64,000 bases of DNA from Myxococcota bacterium (GTDB lineage Bacteria > Myxococcota_A > SURF-8), in assembly GCA_965140415.1 (NCBI GenBank), contig OZ223209.1, positions 1,792,001 through 1,856,000 on the forward strand, in the 5' to 3' direction. Below the pieces are notes generated by a model, which worked only from the letters and a program-made list of their open reading frames with translations, ran no database searches and was not told where the DNA came from. A program made the position numbers and the translations under genes. Shown piece after piece: positions 1 to 10,542 of this stretch (its first letter is position 1; every line of letters begins with the position of its first letter).

Positions 1-1384
1 GATTGGCTCCAGCGTTACTATTTGCGCCGGAGTTGTCAGCAGGTTTCTGCCGTGAGTCATCGCGGTCGTAGTTTCGATTTCGATTTCGATTGGAGCGCGA
101 ACGATTGCGCCCGCCGCGAGAACCCCGGCTGGACGAATGCGAACGGTTATCCGAACCGTTTATGGGGCGACGTGTGCTGGATGCGCGCAGAGACTGAATC
201 GTTTCGAATAACTCCGTGGACACGTCTCCCTTGTCCATAACCGGTAATGACTCGACGTGTCCTTTACGGTCGATGATATGCACGATGTTGGTGTCCACTT
301 CGAAACCGGCGCCTTCCTGGGAGACGTCGTTGACGACGATCAGATCCAGGTTTTTCTCGCGCAGTTTCTTTTTACCGCTTTGCATCACCTGATGCGTTTC
401 CGCCGCGAAACCGACCAGGAACTGGCTGCGCTTTTTCCTGCGCCCCAGTTCGCGAAGAATATCCACCGTGCGCGAAAGATCAAGGTTGAAATCCTTGCTG
501 TCCTTGTGGATCTTGGTGTCCGACGAGCGGGTGGGGCGGTAATCCGCAACCGCCGCCGCTTTGATAATCACGTTGGCGCTTGCATAATGGGAAAGGACTT
601 CATCCAGCATCTGCTGCGCACTGCGCACCGAAACAACATCCACATCGTAAGGCGGACGCAGTTTTACGGGACCACTGACTAGCAGAACGCGTGCCCCTCT
701 TGCCCGTGCTTCGCGTGCGACGGCATAACCCATCTTGCCGCTGGAACGATTAGCCACGTAACGTACCGGGTCGATATCTTCGTAGGTGGGTCCGGCGGTC
801 ACGAGCACCAGTTCACCGGCCAGATCCTTCTCTTCGCGCACGGCATACTGTACGGCATCCTGGATCCAGTCCAGTTCCTGTAAGCGACCTTCTCCCGTTT
901 CGCCACAGGCCATTTCTCCGCGCTGCGGATGAACGATATGATAGCGGCTGACGGCACGGATTTTTGCCAGGTTGGCTTGCACCATTTCGTTTTGCCACAT
1001 GGCCCAATTCATGGCCGGAGCGATTACGATGTTGCAGCGAGCGGCCAAAATGATCGTGCTGACCAAGTCATCTGCAATGCCGTTGCCGATTTTGCCGATC
1101 AGGTTTGCGGTAGCAGGTGCGACCAGAATGCAGTCCGCCCAGCGGGCAGCTTCGATATGGCTGATCTGCGATTCCTGCTGCTGGTCGAACAGATCGATCA
1201 TTACAGGATGTCCGCTTAGCGCCTGAAAGGTAAGCGGAGTAACGAAGCGGGTGGCCGCCTGTGTCATAACTACACGAACCTGCGCGCCCTGCTTGCTCAG
1301 CATTCGCGCCAGTTCCGCCGCTTTAAATGCGGCAATTCCACCCGTGACACACAACAGGACATGTTTGTCCTTCAGTGTCTGCAT
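1..1384 (-). CDS. coaBC: Bifunctional phosphopantothenoylcysteine decarboxylase/synthetase CoaBC, 3' end runs off the window
   Basis: Absent from the ORF track because there is no stop in the window. Manual translation from ATG 1384 (RBS AAGGAG) gives MQTLKDKHVLLCVTGGIAAFKAAELAR...APATANLIGK...PAMN...VLVTAGPTYEDIDPVRYVANRSSGKMG...AAAVADY...VGFAAET, followed by an R/S/N-rich tail. Confidence 0.95.
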   Translation of the reverse strand, partial: MQTLKDKHVLLCVTGGIAAFKAAELARMLSKQGAQVRVVMTQAATRFVTPLTFQALSGHPVMIDLFDQQQESQISHIEAARWADCILVAPATANLIGKIGNGIADDLVSTIILAARCNIVIAPAMNWAMWQNEMVQANLAKIRAVSRYHIVHPQRGEMACGETGEGRLQELDWIQDAVQYAVREEKDLAGELVLVTAGPTYEDIDPVRYVANRSSGKMGYAVAREARARGARVLLVSGPVKLRPPYDVDVVSVRSAQQMLDEVLSHYASANVIIKAAAVADYRPTRSSDTKIHKDSKDFNLDLSRTVDILRELGRRKKRSQFLVGFAAETHQVMQSGKKKLREKNLDLIVVNDVSQEGAGFEVDTNIVHIIDRKGHVESLPVMDKGDVSTELFETIQSLRASSTRRPINGSDNRSHSSSRGSRGGRNRSRSNRNRNRNYDRDDSRQKPADNSGANSNAGAN

Positions 1385-1474
1385 TGTATTCTCCTTGTTG
1401 TTCATCCATCGATCCGGTGCGGGATAATCCGTGCTTGCTTCGATGCGAGCACAGGTCGGTTTCCGCTACTCGAA

Positions 1475-3277
1475 TCAATCCTCATTCAGTTTCAGTGCGG
1501 CCAGGAACGCTTCCTGCGGAATGATGACGTTGCCCACCTGTTTCATCCGCTTCTTTCCTGCCTTCTGTTTTTCCAATAGTTTGCGTTTTCGCGTAATATC
1601 ACCGCCGTAGCATTTGGCCGTCACGTTTTTACGATAGGCTCTCACGGTCGTGCGAGCAATGACCTTCGATCCTACCGCAGCCTGTATAGCCACTTCGAAT
1701 TGCTGGCGCGGAATCAGTTCTTTCATTTTAACGCACATCGCCAGACCGCGCTCACGCAGGCGGCTGTTGTGTGTAATAATCGAAAGCGCATCCACCGGTT
1801 CGCCGTTCACCAGGATATCCATCTTGGTTAAAGTCGCCGGTTCGTATCCCTTGATTTCATAGTCCAGCGAGGCATAGCCTTTGGTGGTGGATTTCAGCTT
1901 GTCGTAAAAATCGAGAATCACTTCGTTCAACGGAAGCTTGTACGTTACCATAACGCGATTTTCACCGGCGTATTTCATGTCCTGTTGCACGCCCCGGCGA
2001 TCCTCGCACAATTGCAGAACCGCACCGACATACGATTGCGGCATGTGAATGTTGGCGATGATGATCGGTTCATAAATGTTCTCGATCTTTAAGGGGTCAG
2101 GCATTTTTGCCGGGTTGTCGATGGAGAGCTTGCTGCCGTCTTTTAGTTCTATGTTGTAAATGACGGTGGGTGCGGTAGTGATCAGATCCAGATCGTACTC
2201 GCGTTCCAGCCGTTCCTGTACGATTTCCATATGCAGCAGACCAAGATAGCCGCAACGGAAACCGAATCCCAATGCCTGCGAAGTTTCCGGCTCGTAGGTG
2301 AACGAATAATCGTTAAGCTTCAGTTTGTCCAAGGCATCTCGAAGCTGGGTGTAATCTACCGGATCGGTCGGATACAAACCGGAAAAAACCATCGGTTTCA
2401 CGTTCTTGAAACCCGGTAATGCGCTGGTGCTTTTCGTGTCGGCATGAGTAATTGTATCGCCCACGCGGGCCTTATCGATTTCCTTGATGCCTGCAATGAT
2501 ATAGCCGACATCTCCCTCCGACAGTTCCTTGGTATCCTTCATTTCGGGTTCGAAAACCCCGACACGCTGCACGAGATAACGGCAGTCGGTGGCTTTGAAG
2601 TAAATTTCGTCATCCTTTTTGACCGTGCCGCTGAACACGCGCACGAGTACGATGACTCCCTGGTAGGAATCGTACCAGCTATCGAAAATCAATGCGCGCA
2701 GCGCATCGTCCTGCTGTTTCTTGGGAGGTGGAATCAAGTCTACCAGGCGTTGCAGGACTTGCTCGACGTTCAAGCCTGTTTTGGCGCTGATGGCGACTGC
2801 ATCGGTGCAGTCCAAACCGATTACATCCTCGATCTCTTCTTTGACGCGGTCAACGTCCGCCGACGGTAAATCGATTTTGTTGATGACCGGCACGATTTCC
2901 AGATCGTGATCCAGCGCTAGGTATACATTGGCCAGAGTCTGTGCTTCTACGCCCTGGGTGGAATCCACCACCAACAGCGCACCCTCGCAGGATGCCAGAC
3001 TGCGGGAAACCTCGTAATTGAAATCGACGTGTCCGGGCGTGTCGATCATATTCAAGGTATAGTCGTTGCCGTCTTCTGCCTTATAAGGCAGGCGTACCGC
3101 CTGGCTCTTGATCGTAATGCCGCGTTCTCGCTCAAGATCCATGCGATCCAGATATTGTTCTTTCATATCCCGGTCGCTGACGAGACCTGTCAGTTGCAGC
3201 ATTCGGTCCGCCAACGTGGATTTCCCGTGGTCGATATGTGCGATAATCGCAAAGTTACGAATGTATTCGCGCTTCAT
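1475..3277 (-). CDS. lepA: Translation elongation factor 4 (LepA)
   Basis: [38 protein letters not shown]-terminal [25 protein letters not shown]; 600 aa. Confidence 0.98.
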   Translation of the reverse strand: MKREYIRNFAIIAHIDHGKSTLADRMLQLTGLVSDRDMKEQYLDRMDLERERGITIKSQAVRLPYKAEDGNDYTLNMIDTPGHVDFNYEVSRSLASCEGALLVVDSTQGVEAQTLANVYLALDHDLEIVPVINKIDLPSADVDRVKEEIEDVIGLDCTDAVAISAKTGLNVEQVLQRLVDLIPPPKKQQDDALRALIFDSWYDSYQGVIVLVRVFSGTVKKDDEIYFKATDCRYLVQRVGVFEPEMKDTKELSEGDVGYIIAGIKEIDKARVGDTITHADTKSTSALPGFKNVKPMVFSGLYPTDPVDYTQLRDALDKLKLNDYSFTYEPETSQALGFGFRCGYLGLLHMEIVQERLEREYDLDLITTAPTVIYNIELKDGSKLSIDNPAKMPDPLKIENIYEPIIIANIHMPQSYVGAVLQLCEDRRGVQQDMKYAGENRVMVTYKLPLNEVILDFYDKLKSTTKGYASLDYEIKGYEPATLTKMDILVNGEPVDALSIITHNSRLRERGLAMCVKMKELIPRQQFEVAIQAAVGSKVIARTTVRAYRKNVTAKCYGGDITRKRKLLEKQKAGKKRMKQVGNVIIPQEAFLAALKLNED

Positions 3278-4431
3278 GATTTATTTTCACCAATTCGCTT
3301 CGTCGGAAAGTAGGTTTCCCAGCTTCCGCATGTACTACAATACCAATCCAACTTGTTACTGGAATGTCCGCATTGCGAACAAATCCACGAATCGCAGACT
3401 GCCTCGTCTTTTAGACGGCTGGACAAGTCGATGTGTAACAAGGCTGCCAGTTCGCAGATGTCCGGGTTCAACCAGCCATCCGATACCAATTCCGTTACGA
3501 TTTCCCGTGCCGGCAGATCTTCACCCTGCTGTTGATATCGGATCGCCTGCTGAATACGAGCATGCTGCCTGCAAAGTTCATCGTCGTCAAGCAGTTGAAA
3601 CAGGTAATCGTCGAAAATATCGATTTTGTCAATGTTTTCACAAAGCTGCCGCAATTCTGCCAATAAGATCGGGGCGGCTTGCGGAGATTGACCCATCGCC
3701 TGTTTCAACTCTTTAACTGCCGCTTTGGTTTTGCCGCGTGCTGCCTGGTAGCGCGCCATTGCAAAACTCACCTGAACGCAATCTGCCTGCTGCTTTTTTG
3801 CCGTAACCAACAGTGGCTTGGCTGCATCATGTCGACCGGAATCGATCAGTTGCAGGGCCCGCTGCGCAAACACTCGCGCTATCAAAGGGTTCTGCTGCGA
3901 ACGATTACCCGCGCCCAGACGCGGCAGGTATTTCGCCGCGACTTTCCAGTTGCGTGCCCGGATACTCAGATCGATCAATCGTTGTAAGGGCTCGGCCCAG
4001 CGTGGCGCTTGTGCGATCAATTGCTCAAACTGCTCGATGGCTTCTTCAACTCGACCGGCGGCGACCAGATCTTCCGCCAGTTCGAACGTCGCTTTGTGCA
4101 TCGTGGAGTCATCCACCAACTCGTGACGATTCAAGATGCTGCGATGCAGATAAATCGCTCGATCGGTTTGCCCGATGCGACGAAACAGGCGACCCAGCAC
4201 GAAATAGACATCTACGCTTTCCGGATGCTGGCGAGCCGCCTCGCCGAATTCCTTTGTCGCTTCCGTCCAGTTTTCTTCGATAATCTGATACGCTCCCCGC
4301 AGCAGACGGCGACGTTCTTCGCGGATATCCTCTCCGCTTCTTGCTTTTCGAATGCCCAGCCAGAATCCCAGCGCTAGTCCCAACACCAGCCCACCCAAAC
4401 CGATTCCGACATACATCAAATACCCATCCAT
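3274..4431 (-). CDS. lapB: LapB-like TPR protein with C-terminal rubredoxin-type metal site
   Basis: N-terminal TM; TPR motif [23 protein letters not shown]-terminal CSQCG...YCSTCGSW; downstream of a lapA-like gene. Confidence 0.8.
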   Translation of the reverse strand: MDGYLMYVGIGLGGLVLGLALGFWLGIRKARSGEDIREERRRLLRGAYQIIEENWTEATKEFGEAARQHPESVDVYFVLGRLFRRIGQTDRAIYLHRSILNRHELVDDSTMHKATFELAEDLVAAGRVEEAIEQFEQLIAQAPRWAEPLQRLIDLSIRARNWKVAAKYLPRLGAGNRSQQNPLIARVFAQRALQLIDSGRHDAAKPLLVTAKKQQADCVQVSFAMARYQAARGKTKAAVKELKQAMGQSPQAAPILLAELRQLCENIDKIDIFDDYLFQLLDDDELCRQHARIQQAIRYQQQGEDLPAREIVTELVSDGWLNPDICELAALLHIDLSSRLKDEAVCDSWICSQCGHSSNKLDWYCSTCGSWETYFPTKRIGENKS

Positions 4432-4435
4432 CGTA

Positions 4436-4789
4436 TCACCTGCTCGCGGAATCGTCCGATGATGTATCCCCGAAGGTGGGCAGCGAGGATAGATCCTGCA
4501 AAGGCTGATGACGGAAGGTTAAAAGTTCATCTTCCATCTGTTTTATCTGCCGGTTCAATAATTTGATCCGACGGCGATAGCCGAAAGCCATGACAAGGCA
4601 ATACGTAAAAGAAAGCGCCGCGCCTAGAGCCATCGATGCCAAGACGATCAATGAACTCCACAACGGAACGGTTTCGAAATATAAAAATGACAGCGTCATC
4701 GGTTGCTTGTTGGTCAGCACGAAAATGACCGCCACAATACCCAATAAGACACCCAAAACAACCAGTGAGATGATCTTCGTCTTGCGCAT
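4436..4789 (-). CDS. lapA: LapA-family (DUF1049) membrane protein
   Basis: Two TM helices, an N-K-Q-P-x-T-L-x-F linker and a basic coiled coil after TM2; adjacent to lapB. Confidence 0.8.
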   Translation of the reverse strand: MRKTKIISLVVLGVLLGIVAVIFVLTNKQPMTLSFLYFETVPLWSSLIVLASMALGAALSFTYCLVMAFGYRRRIKLLNRQIKQMEDELLTFRHQPLQDLSSLPTFGDTSSDDSASR

Positions 4790-4797
4790 GTCGTTCC

Positions 4798-5700
4798 TTA
4801 CTGACCCGCCCGATATTCGATGGATTGCCGCCAGCCGCCGGAGACTGCGTTTGCCAGTCCTCGCGCACCGGATTCGAACATTTTCTCAAGGTAATTCAAG
4901 GTCTTTTTCTTCGGGTATAACAAGACCGGATCATCGCCCAGATTCTCTTTTTCGGCGATGTACCTTACAGCATCCTGCATGGTGCCCATTTCATCGACTA
5001 GACCGGCTTCCTGCGCTTGTTTACCTGTCAGCAAACGTCCATCGGCGACCGGTCGCAGGGTTTCCGTTTCGATGTTCCGAGCCGTTCCAACGGCAGACAG
5101 GAATTGTTCGTATACGTCTTCAATCACACCGTCGATCAAGGAAACATCGGAAGGTGTCGCTTGACGGAACGGCGAAAGCGTATCTTTGTGTTCACCCGAT
5201 TTATAAACGGTCATATCGATTTTGGCCAGCTTGAGCAGTTCCTGGATATAGGGTGCCTGGATAATTACGCCAATGCTGCCTGTCAGTGTACCGGGGCTAC
5301 AGAAAACTCGTTCCGCGGCGCAGGAAATGTAATATCCGCCGCTGGCTGCAACGGAACCCATGGATGCGACCACTGTTTTTTTGCCGCGCAATTTCATCAG
5401 CTCACTATAAATTTCCTGTGAGGGAGCCACGGCGCCGCCGGGAGAATCCACACGCAGTACGATTCCTTTCACATCTTTGTCATTGGCAAAATCATGCAAA
5501 TCTTCCAATACACGGCTGGAGTCCTCGATCACTCCCGTCACTTCCAGAATCCCGATGCCTTCCGTTTCTCCGAATCCGGAGAAATCGCTTTCCACGCCCA
5601 TCATGCTGAAGAGAAGCACGAAGAGAAACGCGAATAACATCAGAAAGCCCGCACCCAACAGGGCTACGACTAAAAACAGATTCTGGCGGGAAGAGTCCAT
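4798..5700 (-). CDS. sppA: Signal peptide peptidase SppA (S49, short type)
   Basis: LRVDSPGG, SMGSVAASGGYY, TGSIGVI and KSGEHKD motifs; N-terminal TM. Confidence 0.95.
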   Translation of the reverse strand: MDSSRQNLFLVVALLGAGFLMLFAFLFVLLFSMMGVESDFSGFGETEGIGILEVTGVIEDSSRVLEDLHDFANDKDVKGIVLRVDSPGGAVAPSQEIYSELMKLRGKKTVVASMGSVAASGGYYISCAAERVFCSPGTLTGSIGVIIQAPYIQELLKLAKIDMTVYKSGEHKDTLSPFRQATPSDVSLIDGVIEDVYEQFLSAVGTARNIETETLRPVADGRLLTGKQAQEAGLVDEMGTMQDAVRYIAEKENLGDDPVLLYPKKKTLNYLEKMFESGARGLANAVSGGWRQSIEYRAGQ

Positions 5701-5801
5701 TATTTACACTCCCGAATAGTTGAAATCCTTGAGAACCGGGCCCCATTCTAGGGAATTCACCCCATTCTCGCAACATAAATACCGATTTGACAATTTACAC
5801 T

Positions 5802-5846
5802 AAAATAAAAACGGGCGACCGACCTGGTCCAGTCGATCACCCGTTT
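5802..5846 (-). terminator. Intrinsic terminator after rpsA
   Basis: Minus strand reads ACGGGTGATCGAC-loop-GTCGGTCGCCCGT followed by TTTTATTTT. Confidence 0.75.
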
Positions 5847-5876
5847 CGTAAGCTATTGGACAAGCTCACCGAATGC

Positions 5877-7772
5877 TTATTCAGCTTTCGGTTCTTCGTC
5901 AGCAGTCTCAGTCGCTTCTTCTGCCGGAGCAGCTTCTTCCGCCGGGGCCGCTTCTTCTGCCGGAGCGGCTTCTTCCGCCGGAGCCGCTTCTTCCGCCGGA
6001 GCCGCTTCTTCTGCCGGGGCTGCTTCTTCCGCCTGGGCTGCTTCTTCCGCCGGAGCGGTTTCATCCGAATTCAGTTGCAGTTTCTGCTTGATAGCCGCAC
6101 CCAGGTTGGTGGTAGACGCGCCACCCAGGTTCATGTACTCGGCCATTTCCAGTTTTTCCTGGTTGTTCAGCAGGGAACGGATCGACAGAGCGATTTTGCG
6201 TTCCACCGGGTCCAGATGCTTGATCTCGGCTTTGACTTCCTGACCTTCTTTCAACACCTGGTTGGGATCTTCGATACGTTCGTGAGAAATTTCCGATACG
6301 TGGATCAGACCCTCGACGCCGTCCTCGATCTCCATGAAGGCACCGAATTCGGTGATCTTGGAAATGTGACCGGAAACCACCATGCCGGAATAATATTTTT
6401 CCGGGATGCGTTTCCAGGGATCGGGCACCAGTTGCTTGATACCGAGCGAGAAGCGTTCCTTGTCCGGATCGATGTTGAGCACGACCGCTTCCACTTCCTG
6501 GCCCTTCTTGTACATTTCGGAAGGATGCTTGACTTTCTGCGTCCAGGAAATGTCGGAAACATGCACCAGGCCGTCGATGCCTTCTTCGATACCGATGAAC
6601 ACACCGAAATCGGTGATATTGCGGATCTTGCCACGGATAACGGTACCCTTCGGGTATTTCTCTTCCAGCAGCGACCAGGGGTTGGCTTCGACCTGCTTCA
6701 TACCCAGGCTGATGCGGCGGTTGGACACGTCGATGTCCAGAATCACCACTTCCACTTCGTCGCCGACGGAGACCAGCTTGGACGGATGCTTGATGCGCTT
6801 GGTCCAACTCATTTCCGAAACGTGGATCAAGCCTTCGATGCCTTCTTCCAATTCGACGAATGCGCCGTAATCGGTCAGGCTCACAACCTTGCCGCTGACT
6901 TTGGATTCGACCGGGTATTTCTCCAGGGCATTTTCCCAGGGATCCGGCGTCATTTGTTTCAAGCCCAGGCTCACGCGCTCGCTCTCTTCGTCGAACTTGA
7001 GCACTTTGACTTTGACTTCGTCGCCGATACCGAACATTTCGGAAGGATGATTCACGCGGCCCCAGGACATATCGGTGATATGCAGCAGACCGTCGATGCC
7101 GCCCAGATCCACGAACGCACCGTAATTGGTGATGTTCTTGATGATACCGGTGACAACCATCGACTCTTGCAGGTTCTCCAGAGTCTTGGTCTTCATCGCT
7201 TCGCGTTCTTTTTCCAACAACGCCCGGCGGGAAAGCACGATGTTGCCGCGCTTTTTGTTAAACTTGATGACCTTGAATTTCATCTTCTGGCCGATCAGTT
7301 TATCCAGGTTGCGCACGGGGCGCAGGTCCACTTGGGAACCGGGGAGGAAGGCTTTCACGCCGATATCGACGGACAGACCACCTTTGATGCGCGCTACGAT
7401 CGTACCTTCGATCAGTTCGTCGCGCTCACAGTCTTCACAGATCTTGTCCCATACTTTCTGGCGATCCGCTTTTTCCTTGGACAATACGATCTGGCCGTCT
7501 TCATCCTCGATCTCTTCAAGGATGACGTCGATCTTGTCGCCGGGTTCGATGGTGTAGCCACCGGCGTGATCGGAAAATTCGGACAGATCGATCAGACCTT
7601 CGGATTTGTAGCCGATATCCACCAGGACGTGATCTTTGGAGATCTCCAGCACGGTGCCGGTGACCATTTCACCTTCTTTGATGTCGCGAGTTTGCAAACT
7701 CGATTCGAACATCGCGGCGAAATTTTCTTCCTCTACTTCGTTGACGGGGTTGTTTACGTTTTCTTGTGACAT
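5877..7772 (-). CDS. rpsA: 30S ribosomal protein S1 with an acidic repeat tail
   Basis: Six S1 repeats (VDIGYKSEG, AFLPGSQVD, YGAFVDLGGIDGLLH, EEGIEGLIHVSEMSW). Confidence 0.98.
   Translation of the reverse strand: MSQENVNNPVNEVEEENFAAMFESSLQTRDIKEGEMVTGTVLEISKDHVLVDIGYKSEGLIDLSEFSDHAGGYTIEPGDKIDVILEEIEDEDGQIVLSKEKADRQKVWDKICEDCERDELIEGTIVARIKGGLSVDIGVKAFLPGSQVDLRPVRNLDKLIGQKMKFKVIKFNKKRGNIVLSRRALLEKEREAMKTKTLENLQESMVVTGIIKNITNYGAFVDLGGIDGLLHITDMSWGRVNHPSEMFGIGDEVKVKVLKFDEESERVSLGLKQMTPDPWENALEKYPVESKVSGKVVSLTDYGAFVELEEGIEGLIHVSEMSWTKRIKHPSKLVSVGDEVEVVILDIDVSNRRISLGMKQVEANPWSLLEEKYPKGTVIRGKIRNITDFGVFIGIEEGIDGLVHVSDISWTQKVKHPSEMYKKGQEVEAVVLNIDPDKERFSLGIKQLVPDPWKRIPEKYYSGMVVSGHISKITEFGAFMEIEDGVEGLIHVSEISHERIEDPNQVLKEGQEVKAEIKHLDPVERKIALSIRSLLNNQEKLEMAEYMNLGGASTTNLGAAIKQKLQLNSDETAPAEEAAQAEEAAPAEEAAPAEEAAPAEEAAPAEEAAPAEEAAPAEEATETADEEPKAE
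5910..6053 (-). repeat. 8 x 18-bp tandem repeat encoding (P/Q)AEEA(A/T) in the RpsA tail
   Basis: Eight 18-nt units counted directly; most variation is at third codon positions. Confidence 0.95.
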
Positions 7773-7860
7773 GAATTGCTTCGCAAATCTCCCAATTACA
7801 ATAAGGTTTGTGCATCCAGGGAGAATGTCGATGCACGAACCTGGGCCTCTAAGGGGGCGT

Positions 7861-7889
7861 ACTTTACCCGCTTAACCCTGCATTGTCAA
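7861..7889 (-). promoter_or_regulatory. Sigma70-like promoter for rpsA
   Basis: TTGACA-17 nt-TAAAGT on the minus strand, about 90 nt upstream of the ATG. Confidence 0.6.
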
Positions 7890-7937
7890 AGTATTTTTTT
7901 GCTCGGAAAAGCAACCGTGGACAATAAATTCCATTCG

Positions 7938-10322
7938 CTAGAATCGAGACAAAACCGACTTGGCTGCCTCGGCCACAGCGGATTGGCCGTCTTTGGAGGC
8001 TGCTTTAATGGCTTTCTCCACTTCCGGATATTGGAATGCTGCCAGGGCGAAGCAGGCACGCGCTCGAACTTCGGGATTTTTCGTGCGATTTTTAGAGAAA
8101 ATTCCTTCTTTTTTCAAGGCGGTCAGCAGGTAGGGAACCACCGAGCGATCACCGATTTTGGACATGGCGGTAATGGCATCGATCTGTAGGCCGTCGTCTT
8201 CTTCGACCTGCGCGATCGTACGTTTGGAAATGAAATCGGCCATCATAGGGATCGATTCCGTGTCCTTGAGCACACCCAACAGTGAGATGGCAATCCGTTT
8301 CACACCGAGATCGCTATCGGAAATCAACGGGCGGATGATATCCGCAGCTTCATTCGGGTCCAGCGCCGCAAGTGCTTTGGCGGCTTCCTTTCGAACACGA
8401 GGATCTTCGTTGGAAACAAGTGGAACCACCCATTCCGCATGATCCTGATTTCCTATTTCTTCTAGTAATACAAGCATGTTACGGTGGACATACCAGGGGT
8501 TTCCAGCTGCGCCTAATTCCATTCGCACCGATTCCAGCACGTCGCCTCCCATATTGGAGAGGAGATCCAGAATTTTACGGCGAACCTTGCGATCCTCACT
8601 GGATTTCAACAGTTCCAATAAGGCATTCAGCATGCGATTTCCCATTTGGGAAATCAACTTGGACACCTTTTCTAGCATATCGGGTTCGCCATGCTGATAA
8701 ACCGTCAACAGCATACGAATCACTTCTTCGGATGCCACCATGTCCAGAGCCGATTGTGCCCTCAATTTTTGATCGTGATTCCGTTGCGCATCCTCACTGC
8801 AATGAGATTTAAATAAGGTAGAAATCTTCGTAGCGGTTTCATAACCTTCGTTAAAGATCAACTCTCGTGCCGCATGTTCCAGAAAATCGGAAATAGACTT
8901 ATATACGGAGTTGAACTCAAGCTGCTCTTCCATCTTTCGGACCATGATATCCACCAGACGGTCCAAATTCGGATGGAAAATCACTTCCGCTACGATCTCT
9001 TTCAGTCCTGCCGTTACAGATGCGATATCACCGACGGTCAGTCGGTCATACATTTCCATCACGCGGTCCAGCGCTTCTCGATTAACGGTGCCATCGTTGT
9101 TTAAAAACGATTTCGGAGCGCGGGTGTCCTCGCTCGGTGCAGCTGTCTCTGCGCGTTCAACGAGTTGCTCGGCCACGCTTTCCTTAATCAATCCAGCACC
9201 TTGCAGCTTTTCAATCATTTCCGGGAAATGGCTGCGTTCCATGTTGGTATTGATCAGGGTTTTCACTAAGTCCTTAATTGCGGCAATCTTGACTTGTCGT
9301 TCCTCGGGGGACATCCTACCCGCGTTTTGTTTGAGGTTGCTGACTTCCTCGATAACATACTGAGTCAGATCAAGCACTTCCCCGGAATCCAGGTGATCGA
9401 ACACGTTCTGTTCGATTTCCAATTTGGAAAAATCCGTTGGGTTCTGGCGTTCGTTGTACAGTACGGAGCCGATGACTTCCGGTTCGAATTCGGCAACGGC
9501 TTCAGCCAGGCTGTCTTTAAAAACCTCTTTCTGACCTTCATCGGCGATCTGCATGGTCATGTAATAACCACGCGCCATCACGTCGATCAGTTTCTGGGCT
9601 TTAACCGCAATGATATCTTCTTCGCCACCGGCCTGGCTTCTTTCTTGCTCATCGACGTCCGCATGCGCGACGATCATCGATTTCAAGATGTCGGAAAACT
9701 CTTCCGTATCTCCCATCATTTCCAGCAGTTCGCTGGTATCGACATCATCTCCCATGTCATCGGAAAGCATCTTCGCCAACAACTGTTCCTGATGCTTCCG
9801 GTTTTCCTCTTCTTCCTGGGTGGTCGCAACGTAAATGCGCTCGTTCAGGTTGATATTGGCGATTCCCTTTTCTTCCAACAGTGCCGGAAGGGAACCCAAT
9901 TCTTTTAATTCATTCGGTTTTTTGCTAAGAAGCACCAGGAAGTTGATCAACTCTTCAGCGGAGGTCTTTTTCTTGAAGGTCAAGCTCTGAATATTACGTT
10001 CAATCAAGGATGTCGTAAAATCAATAACCGGAGCGCGTTTGCGATCGCGTTCGTCCAGTTGCTGGCCATCGACCAGCAGCAATCCGTTCACTTCGCTAAA
10101 GGTGATGGAAGACTGCATTTCCAACACTTTTTGCAGGTTGTTGGAAACTTTTTCTACGGCATTGGCGATGGTTTTCGATCCGGGAGGGTACATCCCCAAA
10201 CTGACGGTCGTTGCTCGAATGCTGGTAATAAAGTCAACCGTAAAGCGACTTACTTTCGCTTGGTTCACCACGGAATCAAGAGATTCTTCTTCAACATCGA
10301 ATGCATTTAGGAAGATCAACAT
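7938..10322 (-). CDS. HEAT-repeat domain protein
   Basis: C-terminal HEAT repeats (DPRVRKEAAKAL, DLGVKRIAISLL, PEVRARACFAL); N-terminal YPPG-containing helical domain; 794 aa. Confidence 0.85.
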   Translation of the reverse strand: MLIFLNAFDVEEESLDSVVNQAKVSRFTVDFITSIRATTVSLGMYPPGSKTIANAVEKVSNNLQKVLEMQSSITFSEVNGLLLVDGQQLDERDRKRAPVIDFTTSLIERNIQSLTFKKKTSAEELINFLVLLSKKPNELKELGSLPALLEEKGIANINLNERIYVATTQEEEENRKHQEQLLAKMLSDDMGDDVDTSELLEMMGDTEEFSDILKSMIVAHADVDEQERSQAGGEEDIIAVKAQKLIDVMARGYYMTMQIADEGQKEVFKDSLAEAVAEFEPEVIGSVLYNERQNPTDFSKLEIEQNVFDHLDSGEVLDLTQYVIEEVSNLKQNAGRMSPEERQVKIAAIKDLVKTLINTNMERSHFPEMIEKLQGAGLIKESVAEQLVERAETAAPSEDTRAPKSFLNNDGTVNREALDRVMEMYDRLTVGDIASVTAGLKEIVAEVIFHPNLDRLVDIMVRKMEEQLEFNSVYKSISDFLEHAARELIFNEGYETATKISTLFKSHCSEDAQRNHDQKLRAQSALDMVASEEVIRMLLTVYQHGEPDMLEKVSKLISQMGNRMLNALLELLKSSEDRKVRRKILDLLSNMGGDVLESVRMELGAAGNPWYVHRNMLVLLEEIGNQDHAEWVVPLVSNEDPRVRKEAAKALAALDPNEAADIIRPLISDSDLGVKRIAISLLGVLKDTESIPMMADFISKRTIAQVEEDDGLQIDAITAMSKIGDRSVVPYLLTALKKEGIFSKNRTKNPEVRARACFALAAFQYPEVEKAIKAASKDGQSAVAEAAKSVLSRF

Positions 10323-10542
10323 AGAATGCCCCTACGCTCCCGTTTGAGAGTTTATTGCCCGATAAACCTACTTCAACCGGAACATATTAGCAGAGGTATG
10401 TCAGGCAATCAAAACATTAATTTACTTTTCCGGAAAGAATAGGGTAGCTATTTCCTCTAGTTACTTGGTTGTTTTTGCTCCATGCCTTACTCGGAGAATC
10501 GTCTGTTTTCTGGCTCATCCCGTAAAAGTATGGTAAATACTA

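Noticed and set aside
5910-6053. Possible CRISPR-like periodicity
   Set aside because: Spacer-less 18-bp in-frame coding repeat; no cas genes in the window.
5787-7769. 660-aa + strand ORF
   Set aside because: Antisense shadow of rpsA, produced by codon bias; no protein-like motifs.
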